Source of the DNA: a bacterium
GTDB lineage: Bacteria; Patescibacteriota; Dojkabacteria; JAKAPS01; JAJZLI01
Direction of reading: 5' to 3'
Length of the DNA: 64,000 nt
Assembly: GCA_021791275.1 (NCBI GenBank)
Contig: JAJYWX010000029.1
Coordinates: 14,074 to 78,073 of the forward strand
In this document: one piece after another, positions 59,381-64,000 of the stretch
Layout of the letters: every line of letters starts with the position of its first letter
Position numbering within the stretch: position 1 is the first letter of the stretch
Made by a program: the position numbers and the translations under genes
The notes under the pieces: model-generated
Seen by the model: only the letters and a program-made list of their open reading frames with translations
Told to the model about the DNA's origin: nothing
The model's database searches: none

Positions 59381-60759
59381 ATATATCTGATTTGAGAAAA
59401 AAATTAGATAGCAAAGAGATTTCTGCACAAGAGATTTTTGATGAGTATTTTAAAAAAGCTGAGGAGGAGAATAAAAAAATAAATTGCTTTATAAATATAA
59501 ATAAGGAATATTCAAAAAAAAGATTAAGTAAAGAAAATAACTCTATTCTTTCAAATATACCTGGAGTTATAAAAGATAATATTTCTATAAAAGATACAAT
59601 TACTACTGCTGGATCTAGAATGTTAGAAAAATATAAATCCCCATATACTGCTTCTGTAGTATTGAATTTAAAAGATTTTATGTTAATTGGAAAAGGGAAT
59701 ATGGATTCTTTTGCTTTTGGATCATCGACTGAGAATTCAGGTTTTGGAGTTACAAAAAACCCTTTAGATTTAACAAGGGTTGCAGGTGGGTCATCTGGGG
59801 GTGTATCTGCAGCAATAGCTTCTAAATTAGCTTTATTTGGAATAGGGACAGATACAGGGGGATCTGTCAGGCAACCTGCTTCATTTTGTGGAGTTGTTGG
59901 ATTAAAACCAACATATGGGTTATGTTCTAGATTTGGTCTTATAGCGATGGGATCATCTTTTGATGTTCCAGGAATAATAACTCAGAATGTAAAAGATGCG
60001 GCAATAGTTTTAAATGAAATCGCAGGTTATGATGTAAATGATTCTACATCTGTAAATATTGGAAAGAAAGACTATACAGGTTTAAAAAAGATTAATAAAT
60101 GTAAGGTTGGAATTTTAAAATTTCCAGAAGAAGGGTTGGATAAGGAAGTATTGGAAGGATTCTCATCAAGTGTAAATCTTTTAAAATCTATGGGAATGGA
60201 TATTGTTGAGATAGATATGAAATATATTAAATATTCTCTATCTGTATATTACGTTATAGTTCCATCTGAGATTAGTGCAAATATGTCAAGATATGATGGA
60301 ATTAGGTTTGGGTATCATCCAGAGGAATCATTTTCTGTATTAGATGATTTTTATAAGGAATCAAGAGATAAGTTTGAAGATGAAGTTAAAAGAAGAATAA
60401 TGATAGGTACATTTACTCTATCTCAAGGATACTATGATGCATATTATAATAAAGCTATGAAAGTAAGAAATCTTATCAAACAAGAATTTATAGATACATT
60501 CAAAGATATAGATTTCTTAGTTTCACCTACTACCCCTACTCTACCTTTTCATATCGGGGAGAAAACCAAATCTCCACTATCCATGTATCTTTCTGACATA
60601 TTTACTGTTCCTGCAAATGTCGTAGGTTACCCTGCAATATCTATTCCTGATAAAAAATTTGGAGATCTTTTTTCTGGATTACAGATAATAGCAAAACCCT
60701 TTGAGGAGGAGAGATTATTATCTTTTGCTAATATGATGGAGGAAAAATTATGGAAGTAG
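59377..60759 (+). CDS. gatA: Glutamyl-tRNA(Gln) amidotransferase subunit A
   Basis: The amidase signature GGSSGGVSAAIA and the Ser-cisSer-Lys triad region GTDTGGSVRQPASFCGVVGLKPTYG are present. Confidence 0.9.
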   Translation: MNISDLRKKLDSKEISAQEIFDEYFKKAEEENKKINCFININKEYSKKRLSKENNSILSNIPGVIKDNISIKDTITTAGSRMLEKYKSPYTASVVLNLKDFMLIGKGNMDSFAFGSSTENSGFGVTKNPLDLTRVAGGSSGGVSAAIASKLALFGIGTDTGGSVRQPASFCGVVGLKPTYGLCSRFGLIAMGSSFDVPGIITQNVKDAAIVLNEIAGYDVNDSTSVNIGKKDYTGLKKINKCKVGILKFPEEGLDKEVLEGFSSSVNLLKSMGMDIVEIDMKYIKYSLSVYYVIVPSEISANMSRYDGIRFGYHPEESFSVLDDFYKESRDKFEDEVKRRIMIGTFTLSQGYYDAYYNKAMKVRNLIKQEFIDTFKDIDFLVSPTTPTLPFHIGEKTKSPLSMYLSDIFTVPANVVGYPAISIPDKKFGDLFSGLQIIAKPFEEERLLSFANMMEEKLWK

Positions 60760-62177
60760 ATTTAATAGTGGGATTAGAAATCCATGTTCAGCTCAAGACA
60801 AAAACTAAGATGTTTTGTTCTTGTAAATCTGATTATTTTGAAAAAAATCCTAACACCAATGTTTGCCCTGTTTGTCTTGGGCTACCAGGGGCTTTACCTC
60901 GTTTAAATAGAGAGTCACTTGTTCAAGCTATTAAAGTTGGAAGAGCACTAAATTTTGAAATTAATGAAAAATCTAGATTTGATAGAAAAAATTATATGTA
61001 TCCGGATCTATTTAAAGGTTATCAGATAACTCAATTCGAATTTCCTATCAATACAAATGGATATATTAATCTATCTTCAGGAAAGAGAATAAATATATAT
61101 AGAGCTCACTTAGAGGAGGATACAGCTAAATCTTTGCATGAGAAAGATTGTACATTATTAGATGCTAACAAAGCTGGAATGCCATTATTGGAGATAGTAT
61201 CATCTCCTGAACTTACATCAAAAGAAGAAGCAAAAGAGTATGCTCAAAAAATTTATAACATTGTAAAATTTATAGATGCATCTGATTGTGATATGGAAAA
61301 GGGGCAAATGAGATTTGATATAAATGTAAACCTTAATATAAAAGAGAAAGAGAAAGAATTTAGAACTCCCATTGTTGAAATAAAAAATCTAAATTCATTT
61401 AGATCTTTAGAGAGGGCTATAGAATATGAACAAGAGAGGCAATTAGAAGAGTTTATGGAGAAAAGAATTGTTCTTGAGAAAGGGAATAAAGTTACTAGAG
61501 GTTGGAATGATACTTTAGGAAAAACAATATTTCAGCGTAATAAAGAAGAGAGTGATGATTATAGATATTTCCCTGATCCTGATATTCCTCCAATCTCTTT
61601 AGATTCTGATTTTATAAATAAAGCTCTAGATAAGATAGACATATTACCTCAAGATGCTTTGGATAAACTTATATCAGAGTATAAACTACCTAAAGAGTCT
61701 GCAGAATTTTTGACTGAGGATAAAATTTTTTATAATTTATTTTCTGATATATCTAAAAAATATACAAATTACTCCACTCTTGCAAATTGGATTATTACTG
61801 ATGTTTTAGGAATAATTAATCAATCTGGATCTGATATAAATTGTTTAAATAAGGGTAAATTCGTAGAAATATTAAATGCTATAGATGATAAAAAAATTAG
61901 TGTTCAATCGGGAAAAGAAATATTAAAGGAATCTATTTTGAATAAAGATTTCAATGTTTCTGAGAATATAAATAGTAGTCTTCTAGTTTCTGATGATAGT
62001 ATATTAGATAATACTATAAAAAAGATAATAGATGAGAATTCTGATTTGGTGGAAAAATATTTATCTGGAAAAGAAGGAGTTTTAAGTTTCCTTATTGGGC
62101 AAGTGCTAAAGGAAATGAAAGGTAGAGCTGACCCTAATGTAGTTAAGGAAAAACTCCTATTATTTATAAAAAAATGA
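60750..62177 (+). CDS. gatB: Aspartyl/glutamyl-tRNA amidotransferase subunit B
   Basis: The N-terminal IVGLEIHVQLKTKTKMFCSC and the C-terminal GatB/YqeY domain are present. Confidence 0.9.
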   Translation: MEVDLIVGLEIHVQLKTKTKMFCSCKSDYFEKNPNTNVCPVCLGLPGALPRLNRESLVQAIKVGRALNFEINEKSRFDRKNYMYPDLFKGYQITQFEFPINTNGYINLSSGKRINIYRAHLEEDTAKSLHEKDCTLLDANKAGMPLLEIVSSPELTSKEEAKEYAQKIYNIVKFIDASDCDMEKGQMRFDINVNLNIKEKEKEFRTPIVEIKNLNSFRSLERAIEYEQERQLEEFMEKRIVLEKGNKVTRGWNDTLGKTIFQRNKEESDDYRYFPDPDIPPISLDSDFINKALDKIDILPQDALDKLISEYKLPKESAEFLTEDKIFYNLFSDISKKYTNYSTLANWIITDVLGIINQSGSDINCLNKGKFVEILNAIDDKKISVQSGKEILKESILNKDFNVSENINSSLLVSDDSILDNTIKKIIDENSDLVEKYLSGKEGVLSFLIGQVLKEMKGRADPNVVKEKLLLFIKK

Positions 62178-62271
62178 ATAGAAATTGATAATAGTTTTTA
62201 ATTCTGTTATATTAAAAACATGTTAGTGTATAGCGCCCAATTTATACCTTCTCACTATTTATATTTAAAAA

Positions 62272-64000
62272 ATGTCAGATTTTACACATCTTCATTTACA
62301 TACTGAGTATTCACTTCTTGATGGAATGAATGCTATTAAACCTTTGGTTAAAAGGTTAAAAGATTTAGGATTTGATAGTTGTGCAATAACAGATCATGGG
62401 GTTATGTATGGTGCCCATGAATTTTATGAGGAATGTAAGAAATATGGTATTAAGGCGATAATAGGGTGCGAAGTATATATATCTCCTACTTCAAGATTTG
62501 ATAAGACAGATTCTAATTATTCTCATTTAATTTTACTTTGTAAAAATAATGTAGGGTATAAAAATCTTATGAAGATTGTATCAGATGCTCAAATTAATGG
62601 GTTCTATTATAAACCAAGAACGGATTTAGAATTTTTAAAAGAGAATAGTGAAGGGCTAATAGCATTATCTGGATGTTTATCTGGAGATATTCCATCTGCT
62701 TTTATTAATGGAGATGATAAAAAAGCCTACCTTTATGCAGATAAGTATATAGATATCTTTGGTAAAGAAAATTTCTTTATAGAGATGCAAAGAAATGGTG
62801 TTAATGAAGAATTTGAAATTGAAAATAAATTATTTAAGTTAGCAAAAGATAAAGGCCTATTGACTGTTGCTACAGTTGATTCACATTATATGAATAAAGA
62901 TGATTCTTATGCACATGAGGTTTTATTATGTATAGACACAGGGAAAAAAATAACAGATGATAATAGGCTCAAATTTGATTCAGATGAGTTCTATATAAAA
63001 AGTGAGAAAGAAATAAAAAAGGTTTGGAAAGATCACCCAGAAGTTATAAGTAATACAAGAAAAATTAATGATATGTGTAATGTGACAATAGAGTTTGAAA
63101 ACTTTATTTTCCCTAATGTTAAAATACCTCAAGAATATGGTTCTGATTACGACAAATATCTTAGAGATATAACCTATCAAAGAGGTAAAGAAAGATTAGG
63201 AAGAGACCTTAGTGAAGTAGAAACAGAAAGAATTGAGTATGAACTCAATATCATATCCTCAAAGGGATTTTCAAGTTATATGTTACTAGTATCAGATTTT
63301 ACTGATTTTTTGCATGAAAAAAATATACCTACAACCACAAGAGGATCTGCTGCTGGTAGTCTTGTTGCTTATTTTATTGGAATAGTTCCAATTAATCCAT
63401 TAACATTTGAATTGTCTTTTGAAAGATTTTTAAATCCTTTAAGACCAAAAGCCCCAGATATAGATTTAGATATAGCTAGTGAAAATCGAGAAGAAGTTTT
63501 GGATTATGCTGTTAAAAAATATGGATCAGATAGAGTGTCTCAAATAGTTACCTTTGGAAGAATGAAAGCAAGGGCAGCGATTAGGGATGTGGGTAGAGTT
63601 TTAGGAATACCTCTTTCTACAGTTGATAAAATTGCAAAATTGATTCCTCAAGGTAGGTATTCAATAAAAGAAGCTATATCAAAAATACCAGAATTAAAAA
63701 CTCTTATAAAAGAGGATAAAGATATAGAAAATATGCTCATAATTGCATCCAAAATGGAAGGAATTGCAAGGCATGCATCTATTCATGCCTGTGGTGTTTT
63801 GATTACCCCAGAACCTTTGATTGAGAATGTTCCAATATTATTTGATAAAAAAACTCAAAGACTAGTTTCTCAATATAATATGGTTTCATTAGAAGAGTTA
63901 GGCTATATGAAAATGGATTTCTTGGGATTGACTAATTTAGATATAATATCTGAAACTATAAGACTGATAGAACAGGATAGTGGAGAGAAAGTTGACCTTG
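62272..64000 (+). CDS. dnaE: DNA polymerase III alpha subunit, N-terminal part only (runs off the window)
   Basis: Manual translation from ATG 62272 gives MSDFTHLHLHTEYSLLDGMNAIKPLVKRLKDLGFDSCAITDHGVMYGAHEFY..., the PHP domain of DnaE. The frame stays open to position 64000. It is absent from the ORF track because no stop lies within the window. Confidence 0.85.
   Translation, partial: MSDFTHLHLHTEYSLLDGMNAIKPLVKRLKDLGFDSCAITDHGVMYGAHEFYEECKKYGIKAIIGCEVYISPTSRFDKTDSNYSHLILLCKNNVGYKNLMKIVSDAQINGFYYKPRTDLEFLKENSEGLIALSGCLSGDIPSAFINGDDKKAYLYADKYIDIFGKENFFIEMQRNGVNEEFEIENKLFKLAKDKGLLTVATVDSHYMNKDDSYAHEVLLCIDTGKKITDDNRLKFDSDEFYIKSEKEIKKVWKDHPEVISNTRKINDMCNVTIEFENFIFPNVKIPQEYGSDYDKYLRDITYQRGKERLGRDLSEVETERIEYELNIISSKGFSSYMLLVSDFTDFLHEKNIPTTTRGSAAGSLVAYFIGIVPINPLTFELSFERFLNPLRPKAPDIDLDIASENREEVLDYAVKKYGSDRVSQIVTFGRMKARAAIRDVGRVLGIPLSTVDKIAKLIPQGRYSIKEAISKIPELKTLIKEDKDIENMLIIASKMEGIARHASIHACGVLITPEPLIENVPILFDKKTQRLVSQYNMVSLEELGYMKMDFLGLTNLDIISETIRLIEQDSGEKVDL

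Noticed and set aside
1-64000. Alternative genetic code (code 25 or 4) as used by some CPR lineages
   Set aside because: TGA is used as a terminator (pilM ends GTATGA at 3898-3900) and genes of 800-970 aa are intact under the standard code. Code 11 fits.
1-64000. CRISPR array or cas genes
   Set aside because: I saw no regularly spaced direct repeats and no Cas-like protein.

Overview
This is a very AT-rich window (roughly under 30% GC). The genes are tightly packed on both strands with short intergenic spacers. The proteins are Asn/Lys/Ile-rich and many are Ser/Asn-rich surface proteins. Domains are trimmed (trigger factor about 308 aa, ThrRS 611 aa) and IleRS is eukaryote-like. All of this is typical of a reduced-genome, CPR/Patescibacteria-like bacterium. 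The standard genetic code applies: TGA terminates pilM at 3898-3900, and long ORFs of 800-970 aa are intact under code 11. Almost everything is core housekeeping: rpsP, rnc, nusB, rpmF, rsmD, recG, tyrS, PBP1A, the thrS/infC/rpmI/rplT/pheS/pheT block, clpP/tig, murG plus two SEDS proteins, ileS, mutS/mutL, uvrA and uvrB, ftsQ/ftsA/ftsZ, gatCAB and a partial dnaE. The most distinctive accessory content is a type IV pilus locus at the 5' end: two class-III-signal prepilins, a secreted Cys-containing protein, a CheY-like receiver and PilM/PilN/PilO. Other accessory items are three DedA-family paralogues, a GDP-mannose pyrophosphorylase with a processive GT2 synthase, an LCP protein with a TolB-like propeller between uvrA and uvrB, several Ser/Asn-rich membrane-anchored proteins of unknown function, and a degenerate Fic-like protein fused onto the end of ftsZ. 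I found eight tRNA genes: Val-GAC, Lys-CTT, Arg-TCG, Arg-TCT, His-GTG with encoded G-1, Asp-GTC, Gly-CCC with encoded CCA, and Thr-CGT. No CRISPR array, transposase, integrase or rRNA is recognisable.
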